Source: a virus (Duplodnaviria > Caudoviricetes). Taken from it: a stretch of 64,000 bases of DNA. The translations under genes and the position numbers were made by a program. Shown here piece by piece: positions 29,359-38,718 of this stretch. The notes under the pieces were generated by a model that saw nothing but the letters and a program-made list of their open reading frames with translations, was not told the DNA's origin and did no database searches. The first letter of the stretch is position 1, and the number at the start of each line of letters is the position of its first letter. Location: positions 32,001-96,000 of IMG/VR virus record IMGVR_UViG_3300013121_000007; one strand, 5' to 3'.

Positions 29359-29910
29359 TTACTTGAGAAGAACTGCAACGGTGATATGAAAATCGAATTC
29401 GTTGTTACGAGGTAGCCGACTAAGCCCCAGAGACTCTCTGAAGTCTTCTAACTCTGGCGAACGAACAGTCACATACCAGACCTTTTCCCAAGTGTCTGAT
29501 TCTGGAAAAACCAACTTGAGTGGTCCGATTTGATACCTGAACTCATGACCCTCAAAAACTTTCAGGCGGTCAGCCCCACCCGCCGCTTCGACATCCGATG
29601 GGTGCAAAACTGAAATGTGCGCATTCAGTCTACCTTCATTGTACTCATCGCTGGTAGGCAACTCGATCCCAGGAACATCAAGTGTTGAAAACACACCCTC
29701 AACGAACTTGTTCGGCACTGCGAGCAGCATCCACCCAGAATCTGCTCTGTAGAGTTTCCCAGACATACGAGTCTGAAGAATGGGGGATGTCGTCTCCCGC
29801 TCAACCACAACAATTCGACCTAACCCCCACGGAGTTCGTTGAAGTGGCGGAGTAGACGCTGAGCGTCCCTCACACAAGGCGTTCACACGGCGTTCAAATG
29901 GTCCCATCAC
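29359..29910 (-). CDS. GPFE-tagged 2H phosphoesterase (Acb1-like)
   Basis: MGPFERRVNALCEG; HISV and HITV motifs. Confidence 0.8.
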   Translation of the reverse strand: MMGPFERRVNALCEGRSASTPPLQRTPWGLGRIVVVERETTSPILQTRMSGKLYRADSGWMLLAVPNKFVEGVFSTLDVPGIELPTSDEYNEGRLNAHISVLHPSDVEAAGGADRLKVFEGHEFRYQIGPLKLVFPESDTWEKVWYVTVRSPELEDFRESLGLSRLPRNNEFDFHITVAVLLK

Positions 29911-30613
29911 CGCTTCCTAGGTACTTGTTTTCAAAGAAGGCCGCGACAACTTGTCGTGTAACTGGACTGTCGGACCCAGCACACTCAAATTGGAACTCAA
30001 AAGCGCGTCCGTCGTCACTCTTTGGTTGCTCTCGCGGACCTTTTCTCATCCTCGTGTAGTAAGCACTTGCGTTGTGGACCGACCATGCCCCTAGCTTGAC
30101 GATGGAGCCGTCTCTGTTCAACAGAGAAGCTGTATCTGATCCTGCCAATTTCAGCAACACACCATCCTGGTTGTACTTCTGCCGCAACAACTTCATGCTA
30201 CCCAGGAACTGCTCAGCAGACTGCGCATAGTCGTCCGAGGTTGGCCCTGAGACAATCAGGGATTCTTCCTCAACCTTTCTGGTCTCATCTGACCCATCTA
30301 TGGATTCAATCCAACCTCCGTATACTGGCGTATACCCGTAGCCGAGACTACGGATGTCTGACATCAGTGACCGATTCCGTCCTCTATTCTGTGTCAGGGT
30401 AAACTCCCCGCCGCGGAATGCCGAGATGATGGCTACATTTCTTGCCGTCTCGCTGAACAGGGCGAATACGCGAGCAAGAGAGCGTCCCGCAGCCTCCTCA
30501 AGAGACACCCCATCCATTGCTGCCAGATACTCGACATACAGGCGCGGAAAGTCTTCCGTGTTGACGCGGGAGGCCTTGTAGGCGTTGTCGATCAAGTCCT
30601 CAAACAAACCCAT
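29894..30613 (-). CDS. GLFE-tagged hypothetical protein (DUF3293-like pattern)
   Basis: IISAFRG...RNRSL...GGWIE...EESLIV...YNQDGVL. Confidence 0.7.
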   Translation of the reverse strand: MGLFEDLIDNAYKASRVNTEDFPRLYVEYLAAMDGVSLEEAAGRSLARVFALFSETARNVAIISAFRGGEFTLTQNRGRNRSLMSDIRSLGYGYTPVYGGWIESIDGSDETRKVEEESLIVSGPTSDDYAQSAEQFLGSMKLLRQKYNQDGVLLKLAGSDTASLLNRDGSIVKLGAWSVHNASAYYTRMRKGPREQPKSDDGRAFEFQFECAGSDSPVTRQVVAAFFENKYLGSGDGTI

Positions 30614-30646
30614 GTTCTTCCCCTAGAAAGAGAGAATCTCTGTCCA

Positions 30647-30674
30647 ATTGTATCACGTTTCTCTCTTGAGTCAA
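30647..30674 (-). promoter_or_regulatory. TTGACT-N16-TACAAT promoter
   Basis: Motif copy with an extra TGAGTCA at 30678-30684. Confidence 0.75.
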
Positions 30675-30681
30675 GCGTGAG

Positions 30682-30913
30682 TCATGTCACTGTCAGCCAG
30701 GGACCCATCGCGTTTTTCCAGTCTGAAATGGTCTTTGTTGGGACTTGGAAGTCAGCCTTTCTCTCATCCTTGGCGTTGAACAGACCCCATTTGTCCTCAG
30801 AGGCAGAATAAGGCATCAGTCTTTTGAGGACTGATCTGACTGGCGGCTCTTTCCACAAACAGAGCCTCAACCATAGACTCAAACAACCCAGGAGTATTCA
30901 CAGGACTACTCAT
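30682..30913 (-). pseudogene. GLFE-tagged small gene with apparent frameshift near 30850
   Basis: ATG 30913 gives MSSPVNTPGLFESMVEALFVE then stops after 38 aa; +1 frame continues EPPVRSVLKR... to 30682. Confidence 0.45.
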
Positions 30914-31833
30914 TGTTGTGAGAGTACCCAACGACTTAGCATAGACTGCGTATATTGCTGCCAGCCCTTTGGAAACACACGATTCAACTTCTGTAGAATC
31001 GTGTTGTACACAGTGGTTGCTCTTTTCAATTGTCTTCTCTGATTATCCAGCGTCAGGCTATCCCAATAGCCGATTTTTCTTGCGACTTCTACAAACTTCG
31101 CAGGGAACTCACGAGGACTTCTTCCGAGTATCCCTTGCCAGCCTCTGACCTCTTTGGCTGTATTCCTTGGTGAGCCGTCTCTTCCCAACGAAGTTAGAGT
31201 ATGGTCAAGCTCTGAAAGCAGCGGTTCGACAGTCTGCTCAAAGTAAGCCTGCAATTCAGCATCTGAGTTGTAGTACGCCGTGAAAACACTCTTATCGTTA
31301 GTCTTGTCTGGTGTAGACTTGTCGATTACAGACGCATCAGGAGCTTTGTACCCACCCATTACCTTATTTCTCTTTGAATCAAGGTAATGTGTGTACTCGT
31401 GCTTGAACGATTCTGTGATTACAAGGCTGCGCCAGAACTTGTAAATGTTGTCACCGATGTAGAGCACAAAGTCTTCTGGAGACAACGGAACAGCAAGCTG
31501 AATTGTTGGTCTATCACCATCCCTCTGCGGAGGTCCAAAACCACCGGCGATATGACCTGTCATGGGTGCAAACGACAAGAACCCATCGAACACTTTGTTT
31601 ACTCTAGTGATGCTTCTGAAGTCGAACCCGATTCCATGCTCTGGACCTTTCGGGTGTACCTCACAGAATCTTGCAAACAGGGGCGGACTACCCTGGATTG
31701 TCCTGAAGAATTCACCAATCGTATTGTGAGCTACGTTGACTCGATCATGTGTCGTCCAATCGTTACGTCGCTCCACGATACGATTGACTTCAGCCTCAAA
31801 GGGGCCAATACGAGATTCTGTACTTGTAGGCAT
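30910..31833 (-). CDS. GPFE-tagged HExxH metallopeptidase-like protein
   Basis: STESRIGPFEAEVNRIVE; FKHEYTHYLD; YYNSDAELQAY. Confidence 0.72.
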   Translation of the reverse strand: MPTSTESRIGPFEAEVNRIVERRNDWTTHDRVNVAHNTIGEFFRTIQGSPPLFARFCEVHPKGPEHGIGFDFRSITRVNKVFDGFLSFAPMTGHIAGGFGPPQRDGDRPTIQLAVPLSPEDFVLYIGDNIYKFWRSLVITESFKHEYTHYLDSKRNKVMGGYKAPDASVIDKSTPDKTNDKSVFTAYYNSDAELQAYFEQTVEPLLSELDHTLTSLGRDGSPRNTAKEVRGWQGILGRSPREFPAKFVEVARKIGYWDSLTLDNQRRQLKRATTVYNTILQKLNRVFPKGWQQYTQSMLSRWVLSQQ

Positions 31834-31839
31834 TTCAGG

Positions 31840-32640
31840 CTACCTGAGATTGTTTGCGTAGCGACTGCTCATGAACTCAACTGTCTTTGATACGGCGTCG
31901 CGAAACCCGCGGCCTTCCATCATAACAGCTAGGACTGTAAAGAACTTGACATAGTCCTTGACTGTATTGAGTGCAACGCAGATAAGCTGCAGCGTACTTG
32001 ACGTCTCGTAGAGAGACTCCTGTTGTTTTGTAGACAGGAAGTCAGATACTACCTTTCGTACAGCCTGTAACGGAGCGCGAGGACGAAAAGGGAGAACTGA
32101 AAGAAGTACAGCGGCCGAACCAACTGGTATTCCTGGAACCGCCCAGTCACCAATCAATGACAATGCGTAAGCAAGATGAGTTACCCATTTTGGCGCACCT
32201 GTAATGTCTACAGCAGCACCCGCGACTTCAGGCGCAGCATTCGCCAAGGTCCAGGCTTTTGTAAACAGCCTACTCAAAAATGACTCTTCCAATGCACCTT
32301 CTGTGTACAGCCTTTCCACTTGCTTCTCAAAAGGACCTTGTAGCATCAGGTCCGCAACGGTTCGTACAACTTCTGACCCCGGACTTGGACTAGTCACTGG
32401 AAATAGGAAGTTGATGTATTTCGACCACGCCCCATCTTCTTCTGGGTCTGGGTAGCCTGCAACAGACCAATCGTCGAAAGCCTCTTTCTCCGCTTCAAAA
32501 GCACTCTTTGAAAACTCATACACGTAATGTGCTGCTTCATAGCTACGATTCCAACGATCGTTAGCAGCATCAATCAGACGGGCCATAGCCAGTCTAATCT
32601 TGCGCTGCTTCTCGTCGATGGTCAGTGTATTCCAGTTCAC
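31840..32640 (-). CDS. Hypothetical protein with internal GPFE tag and hydrophobic segment
   Basis: QGPFEKQVERLYTEG. Confidence 0.7.
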   Translation of the reverse strand: MNWNTLTIDEKQRKIRLAMARLIDAANDRWNRSYEAAHYVYEFSKSAFEAEKEAFDDWSVAGYPDPEEDGAWSKYINFLFPVTSPSPGSEVVRTVADLMLQGPFEKQVERLYTEGALEESFLSRLFTKAWTLANAAPEVAGAAVDITGAPKWVTHLAYALSLIGDWAVPGIPVGSAAVLLSVLPFRPRAPLQAVRKVVSDFLSTKQQESLYETSSTLQLICVALNTVKDYVKFFTVLAVMMEGRGFRDAVSKTVEFMSSRYANNLR

Positions 32641-33731
32641 GCAAAGATTTCCTTGAACTTAGAGTAGTGAGGTTCCTCTAAGTTACCCAGGATGTACATC
32701 GCAAAGGCTTCGCAAAAATGCTCTTCCGGGTCCCCAGAGTCCAATGAGTATTTTGTTGGGAAGCAGGACTCTGCTCTGCGCTCAATGTAGTAGTTTTGAA
32801 TCTGACGTCTTGTGATGAATTTGTTATCTGCTACGTAGAACTTGTCTCCGTCAATGTGCAGCACAATTGGAGGCTCAGAGCCGTAACCCTGCACTTCTAC
32901 TGGCAACCTTTCTCCTACCTTTGGGTAACTTCCGCTGGTTGGGTGAAACGACTGATACTTTGCTTTCAGTCTCAAACCCTTATCCCACTGCTTCCATTCT
33001 GGGATACCCTTAGACAGGAATCGTCCCCAGTACCGATGGCCAAACTCATGAATCACTGAATGCTCAGAAGCTGTACCTTGCCTTGTCTTCTCACGAATCC
33101 ACATTGTGTCATCACTACCGCGGTAGAAAGCAAGACTACCCGCTGTCGATAGATTTGCTGCCACAAAAATCTGACCGTACAGGATGTCTGTTACTCTCGG
33201 CAGTCTACTAGCCCTTATCTTTGTAGCTGCGGACTGAATCAACTTCACAATAGAGGACATATCCGCGCGACCGGTCGTATCGCTTACAGTAATTCCGTCT
33301 ACTGTGATACCAACATCTGCAAGCTCCCAGTCTTTTGACTCCAACAAAAGCCTCATGCCATCTCTATTCCTCGCAAAGAAGAGACGGACATCTTTAGGTT
33401 GTCGTCTTAGTGAAGTGAAGGCTTTAGCGACAGTAGACAAGTTCCTTACAGACGCTGGAGGTTTTCGTGTACGCAAGACGTGAAAAGCAAGCTCTTTGAA
33501 AGATCGAGCAACCTCAACTCCACCCGTAACGGACCACAGAACCTTGTCCGAATACTGGGCATCCTTCAAACGAGGTTCAAACCTCAACCAATGTTTCGCT
33601 GCATTCTCATAGACAATTCTCTCTGCTGGAGACAATGATTCATGCACAGCAAGTAGCAAAGAACGACGCGGACCTAGTCTAGGTTCGCATCGTTCCATCT
33701 CCTCGAAAATGCGCTCAAACGGTCCCATCAA
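32637..33731 (-). CDS. GPFE-tagged zincin metallopeptidase
   Basis: VIHEFGHRYW plus TKYS...EEHFCEAF third-ligand motif. Confidence 0.78.
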   Translation of the reverse strand: MMGPFERIFEEMERCEPRLGPRRSLLLAVHESLSPAERIVYENAAKHWLRFEPRLKDAQYSDKVLWSVTGGVEVARSFKELAFHVLRTRKPPASVRNLSTVAKAFTSLRRQPKDVRLFFARNRDGMRLLLESKDWELADVGITVDGITVSDTTGRADMSSIVKLIQSAATKIRASRLPRVTDILYGQIFVAANLSTAGSLAFYRGSDDTMWIREKTRQGTASEHSVIHEFGHRYWGRFLSKGIPEWKQWDKGLRLKAKYQSFHPTSGSYPKVGERLPVEVQGYGSEPPIVLHIDGDKFYVADNKFITRRQIQNYYIERRAESCFPTKYSLDSGDPEEHFCEAFAMYILGNLEEPHYSKFKEIFA

Positions 33732-33773
33732 GACTACTGAGTCTCAAACCTCAGCCTACCCTTCTTTGTTAGG

Positions 33774-34538
33774 CTAGTTCACGGATTCGAGTTCTTCCTC
33801 TCCTGTACCCTTATCACGAGAGAACTCTGCACCACAGTTTCGACAGCGGAAGTGTTCCTTGTTGCCAAGCGACCCCAGATACATACCAGGACCACCGCAT
33901 ACGGGGCATTCCGTCGGAAGATCGTCATCGACACCTTCCGTCATCGCTTCAACTGGTCTCTCGAAAGTTTTGCTCCTCTTCCTTCTCATATCGTACCACA
34001 GCGCCGCATTAGAGTAATGCAGTCTGTTGTTTGGATCGAATCGCACCGTGCGAGTCTTGATGATTGGATTTCCCTTCTTGTCAGAGACAGGCTTACCGTC
34101 AGAGCCGAGAATAAGCCAGTTAGCGCAGTCCTCCCACGACTCTCCGACGAAAGTCATACTGAGGTCTTGTGTATACGCAATGTACACACGGACGTTGTGT
34201 TCCAGTGCCTTCTGAATGATCTGGTCCCTAGGCGTAAAGTGATGCGCCCAGGTGAAACCCTCGTTGACCATAGACTCGACTTGCTTCTCGAACGGTCCCA
34301 TAGTGTCAGACTCCTTCAGATTGTTAGGAACTTGATCGGCGCTTGCGACAATCCTGAACGGACCAACTCTAATCCCTTGGCCTGACTGGAAGTCATCCAG
34401 CTTTTGGGCAATCAGGTTGTATATGTACTGTACTGACTTGCCTGTCGTTCTGGCAATCCGTGTAGCTGTTTTTAGCAAGTTACCTGGAACTACCTCATCC
34501 GGTTCCAGGTAGACCTTTACTGTATCAGTGAATCTCAT
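33774..34538 (-). CDS. Three-module protein with GPFE tag and C-terminal Zn ribbon
   Basis: LKESDTMGPFEKQVESMVNEG; KTFERPVEAMTEG; CPVC...CRNC. Confidence 0.72.
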   Translation of the reverse strand: MRFTDTVKVYLEPDEVVPGNLLKTATRIARTTGKSVQYIYNLIAQKLDDFQSGQGIRVGPFRIVASADQVPNNLKESDTMGPFEKQVESMVNEGFTWAHHFTPRDQIIQKALEHNVRVYIAYTQDLSMTFVGESWEDCANWLILGSDGKPVSDKKGNPIIKTRTVRFDPNNRLHYSNAALWYDMRRKRSKTFERPVEAMTEGVDDDLPTECPVCGGPGMYLGSLGNKEHFRCRNCGAEFSRDKGTGEEELESVN

Positions 34539-34540
34539 GA

Positions 34541-35056
34541 CTACTCCAGTGTAACAAGCATCGAAACAGGGATGCTGTAGGGCAGGTCACTTTGATTCCG
34601 CTGGTTGCGGAACATCGAATCCCATTCGATCTCAGCCAGCAAGTTGTTGGCTCTAAACTTTTTGATGACGCCGCTGGCCGTGTACCTCAAATCACCCCGC
34701 TGAACACCCTGCTTTTTGAGGATGTCTGAGTTGCACATTACAGCGTCACCAACACTCAGTTCATTACCCCGTGAGTCCTTGATAGTCTCTTGCAGACTTT
34801 CATTCACCAGCGCATCCAGGACAGCCTGACCGTATCTGGTCATGGCATCGTACTTGGATATCCCTAGTGCAGCAGAAATTGCGTCAGTCAGAGGTTGCAA
34901 GTCACTGGGAGTGTTCTTGTCTCCGAATGGCCTATACGTTCCGTCTTTCAGCTTTTTACGGATTCTGTTAGCCGCCTGAACAACACCAGGATTTGTGAGC
35001 AGACCCGCAGGAAGTCCTTCACAGAGTGTTTCGACTTGTTGCTCAAAAGGACCCAT
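34541..35056 (-). CDS. GPFE-tagged protein
   Basis: MGPFEQQVETLCEG. Confidence 0.75.
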   Translation of the reverse strand: MGPFEQQVETLCEGLPAGLLTNPGVVQAANRIRKKLKDGTYRPFGDKNTPSDLQPLTDAISAALGISKYDAMTRYGQAVLDALVNESLQETIKDSRGNELSVGDAVMCNSDILKKQGVQRGDLRYTASGVIKKFRANNLLAEIEWDSMFRNQRNQSDLPYSIPVSMLVTLE

Positions 35057-35301
35057 TAGTTCTCACCTTGTAGTATGTCACCAATCTCATAGACTGTCAT
35101 GACCTTTTCGGAGCCATTCGGCAACCTCACTCTGTATCTTGCTGACATAGACTGTGAGTCAAAAGCAGCGCCGCCTAACAGATGGTATCCAAGTTTACGT
35201 AACTCATCAGCCGCTTGAGTTATGTTCAGTTTACGCAGCTTGCTTGGAAGCCTGAGTTCGACCAAGAGTTCAAACAATCCCATAGCAGCCTCAGTAGTCA
35301 C
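35056..35301 (-). CDS. GLFE-tagged small protein
   Basis: MGLFELLVE; true start probably 35284. Confidence 0.6.
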   Translation of the reverse strand: MTTEAAMGLFELLVELRLPSKLRKLNITQAADELRKLGYHLLGGAAFDSQSMSARYRVRLPNGSEKVMTVYEIGDILQGEN

Positions 35302-35842
35302 TGGGGAGAAGAATAGTCGTCACGCTTCGATCAGCCTCAGTAATGATCCAAATCTTCTCACCACTCTTGAGAACGTAGACTGAAAGAAGTCGCTCGCCAT
35401 CCCTCAAGGCGTCTTCATTGCTTCTCGCATCTTCAGAGTCAACCTCACCCCAATCCCCTTTAGCGTGCCGCTGTAAGTAAGCAGCCGCTGTCTCCTTAGA
35501 CTTACCGAGCGCGCGAAGGGCAGCCGGTGTTGCGACGATACGACCCATTGTAAAATGGCTAACGCTCTCCGTGAGAAGGTTGACTCGTCTCTCAAACGGA
35601 CCAATCGAGCTTTCAGCGTTTCCACTATGGTCGACGATTCGGACGTCACGAAGGCTGTATCCAGTATCAGCAACAGCCTTACGAATGGCCTCAGTTCGGT
35701 CGTGCGAAGTAAAACGAAAGTACCTATCTTCATCTGTATGGTAGTATCTCGCTTCCCACCGACCGCCGATGTAGTCGACGTAGATAGGAAACTTGTCCAT
35801 ACCAAGATTAGATGCTGCGACGACGAACGGTTGTATTGGCAC
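35291..35842 (-). CDS. Two-domain protein: GPFE tag plus plasmid-associated WIITEADRS domain
   Basis: GRIVATPAA...RHAKGDWG...WIITEADRSVTTILLPSDY. Confidence 0.78.
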   Translation of the reverse strand: MPIQPFVVAASNLGMDKFPIYVDYIGGRWEARYYHTDEDRYFRFTSHDRTEAIRKAVADTGYSLRDVRIVDHSGNAESSIGPFERRVNLLTESVSHFTMGRIVATPAALRALGKSKETAAAYLQRHAKGDWGEVDSEDARSNEDALRDGERLLSVYVLKSGEKIWIITEADRSVTTILLPSDY

Positions 35843-35880
35843 TGTAGTTGCACCTTACTGGTATCTTGAGTATGCGATAG

Positions 35881-36471
35881 TTACAGCAAATCAATCCCAC
35901 GTCCAATTTTGCTGTCAATCGCAGAAGCCCAGACAGAAGTACGTCCATTACTCCCATACGAAAGATCGTACAGAAAGTCTTCCTCCCCGCTGATTCCATG
36001 ATAACTCTGGGTGACTCTCTCAACGTGATAGGATAACCCACTATGAATCCTAGTCACGCCAACAGCTTTCGAGACATAGAACGAGTCACCAACTGCAAGT
36101 GCGGGTCTATTCAAAGAAAGCCACGCTGACTCAACCTGTCTCTCAAAAGGACCACGTTCCTCATTCTGAAGAGGGTACTGCTCAGGAGAATTTGAACGCA
36201 GCTTGCTCACCTCATTCTCTGTGGCAACCCTGTAGGTCATATTTGACGACCTGAACATCTTGACCAGTGCCTTGATCGCCTCTTCCTTGTCTCGGAATCT
36301 ACGACGCTTCCCAGATGCGTCAGACCAGCCCATCGGATTGTCCGAAGACTTCACCCACCAACTGCGCGTACCACCAGCACCAGAAAAGATTCCGTAGACC
36401 GTTCCATTTACAATAAATCCGGGAATTCTAGCGGTATCCATACTTGGCTCCTCAGTGATTTTTGGCATCAC
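35881..36471 (-). CDS. Two-domain protein with internal GPFE tag
   Basis: QNEERGPFERQVESAW. Confidence 0.7.
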   Translation of the reverse strand: MMPKITEEPSMDTARIPGFIVNGTVYGIFSGAGGTRSWWVKSSDNPMGWSDASGKRRRFRDKEEAIKALVKMFRSSNMTYRVATENEVSKLRSNSPEQYPLQNEERGPFERQVESAWLSLNRPALAVGDSFYVSKAVGVTRIHSGLSYHVERVTQSYHGISGEEDFLYDLSYGSNGRTSVWASAIDSKIGRGIDLL

Positions 36472-37433
36472 GCATTCCTTCTATTACCGATAGCGTCGCC
36501 GTAGGCTAGAGACACAGGCAGCAGTTTTGATATTGGAAGGTCAATCTTGATCCCAGGCATCTGCATAGCCGGGTCAATGACTAGAGCACTAGTCCATCGG
36601 TGATGCCCGTCGATGATGTAGTTGTCCGAAGACATGATGGTCAAAGACTTGGACAGAAACGACCTTGTCGCAGCAACGCCGAACTTCCCAGTTGCGCCCA
36701 TGCACTTGTCAAAGTAGATTTGCTTCTGTATCGGTTTCAAGTCTTTTGCAGCAACCTTGACAGACGTCACTTTGACCTTGTCATCTTGCAGGTCTTTGTC
36801 TTCTAGACCCAGACGGACGAACTCATCAGCTTCCTCACCAGAAAGACCCTCAGGCCAAGGATTTCCGGGATTCGTATGTGGAGCAAGAGGTTTCTCAATA
36901 TCCAGATGTCCATCCTTCAGCCTCTGCTGAAACTCGCGAACCTGCGTGTCATTGATGACAGGCATATCGCGTCTCTGAGTCTTGCCGACTTTCGTCTTGT
37001 TCTGCGCCAGTAGAAAGTTCTGATCGAATTCAGGAATCTGGTCATCCAGACTACGATTGTTCGCCTTGAATACAGCCTCTGCATAGGCTCTAGCTACATC
37101 AAGCGAGATACGATCCACCTCAAGTTTTCCTGCGTCTTGTCCACCCTCTTCGTGAATCAAAGAACGCGCAAAACACAATTCCACCTGATTCTCAAACGGA
37201 CCACAACAAGACTCACTGACGACACGACCATTCTTGTCAGTCTCCAGCCAGACGTAGTTGAATACTCGACGCCTAATCAAGTCTTCATTCCTGGAAGACA
37301 GTTCCCGTAAGGTGATGTGAACTACAGAAGCCTGAATCTTCAGGCTGTTTGCATCAAACATAGCAGCGTAGACATAATCACCCCAAGAACGGTTGTCGTT
37401 GCGAACCTGATTAGAAAACACTTCAGTCATCAC
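36468..37433 (-). CDS. GPFE-tagged ParB/Srx-like domain protein
   Basis: RRDMPVI, LKPIQKQI, SSDNYIIDGHHRW. Confidence 0.75.
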   Translation of the reverse strand: MMTEVFSNQVRNDNRSWGDYVYAAMFDANSLKIQASVVHITLRELSSRNEDLIRRRVFNYVWLETDKNGRVVSESCCGPFENQVELCFARSLIHEEGGQDAGKLEVDRISLDVARAYAEAVFKANNRSLDDQIPEFDQNFLLAQNKTKVGKTQRRDMPVINDTQVREFQQRLKDGHLDIEKPLAPHTNPGNPWPEGLSGEEADEFVRLGLEDKDLQDDKVKVTSVKVAAKDLKPIQKQIYFDKCMGATGKFGVAATRSFLSKSLTIMSSDNYIIDGHHRWTSALVIDPAMQMPGIKIDLPISKLLPVSLAYGDAIGNRRNA

Positions 37434-38248
37434 AACTCTCCCCGCACAATTTGACCAGCATGGCCTACACCACGGGCGATCTCTACACCCTTCACAGCAG
37501 TCGCTGACGCTTCAGCAGAACCAAGCAGTGAGACGCCATAATGCAAGACTCCCAACAAACCATGAATGGCGAAGTAGACTAGCAGTAAGGAGTACAATAC
37601 GCTCTCTGTCTTTTCACGAGCCTTGCTGTGCCTGTACTCATCGAAAGTCAGCAAAATTCCAGTAGCTTTGAACCCGCGATTCCAAGCTCTTCTGTAGACA
37701 GCGTAAGAGAGCCGGTCTGGGATGACAACGTCTAGCGTCCCCATCTCTACAAGATGTAAAACGTGCCAGCACTCATCAACAGCCCTTTGTATGCTACGCA
37801 GTCTTAGTAGACCACACAGCTTTGACAGACCTTTCAGCATCAGAGGTAGTCCGCCAATAGCGCCAAGAGTCAATCCGATAATGGAACTGACTCCCATATC
37901 CTCACGAAGATTGTAGCTCTCAGGGATTACTCGTAGAGAATCGCCAGAGACAAAACGGCGAACTTCTATCTCGGTATCCCTACTCCTGATGAGGTCAACA
38001 ATACTCATCGCTCTAACAGCGGCTGCCGACCTTGGGATCATCTGCCCAGAGTCTTCGGAAGCTCCAAGCCAAAGTTCTTCTACGCCCTCCAACGGCTTTT
38101 TGAGGCGAAGAAGCTGGTTGAGCTTATTCCGTAGCGGTGAAAGTAAACGAGCAACAATCGCGCGGATAGAATCCAGAATCCCTTCTGTGTAAACAGTCTC
38201 AAGTTCTACTTCAAAGGGACCCATGAGCTTGACTCTAGAGAGTTGCAC
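37430..38248 (-). CDS. GPFE-tagged protein with hydrophobic helices
   Basis: MGPFEVELETVYTEG; likely start 38224. Confidence 0.7.
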   Translation of the reverse strand: MQLSRVKLMGPFEVELETVYTEGILDSIRAIVARLLSPLRNKLNQLLRLKKPLEGVEELWLGASEDSGQMIPRSAAAVRAMSIVDLIRSRDTEIEVRRFVSGDSLRVIPESYNLREDMGVSSIIGLTLGAIGGLPLMLKGLSKLCGLLRLRSIQRAVDECWHVLHLVEMGTLDVVIPDRLSYAVYRRAWNRGFKATGILLTFDEYRHSKAREKTESVLYSLLLVYFAIHGLLGVLHYGVSLLGSAEASATAVKGVEIARGVGHAGQIVRGEL

Positions 38249-38317
38249 GTCTGTTTAGATGCTAGATACTCTCAATGTCTACCAGAGATCAAGCCCCAGA
38301 CTCTCGATTCTTCCTAT

Positions 38318-38587
38318 TCATGGCTGATTCGGGCGCTCACCAGAAAGTTGATACTGAGGGTGCCGGTCTAACCAAGACTCCCACAAAACAACACGGTCTT
38401 GCGGATTTTCAACAGAACGCAATCCGTACAAACAGGTAAAACACGTCTTGGTCTTTGACGGATTACTGCGACAATCCGGACAGACCCCGTGCCTGATGGC
38501 TCTCTGCGCAGCCTTTCTACGATACCACCGAACGAAAGACTGCAACAAGACTCCCCAATCGCTTCCTTGCATGGAGCACCCTAGCAC
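38318..38587 (-). CDS. Small Zn-finger protein
   Basis: CPDC...CFTC. Confidence 0.5.
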   Translation of the reverse strand: MLGCSMQGSDWGVLLQSFVRWYRRKAAQRAIRHGVCPDCRSNPSKTKTCFTCLYGLRSVENPQDRVVLWESWLDRHPQYQLSGERPNQP

Positions 38588-38718
38588 TACGTAAGTGCAG
38601 CCGCAGCAACAAAATGAGTCGCCGTAGCCACAAAGATTGACGATTCAGCACCCAGATTTCAGTCTTCTAGGCAGACCGACAAGACAGAAACCCTTCTGAT
38701 GGAATCTGTTACAACGTT

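Noticed and set aside
21510-38230. GPFE tags as DNA repeats or recombination sites
   Set aside because: Variation is concentrated at synonymous positions; only one pair is identical in DNA
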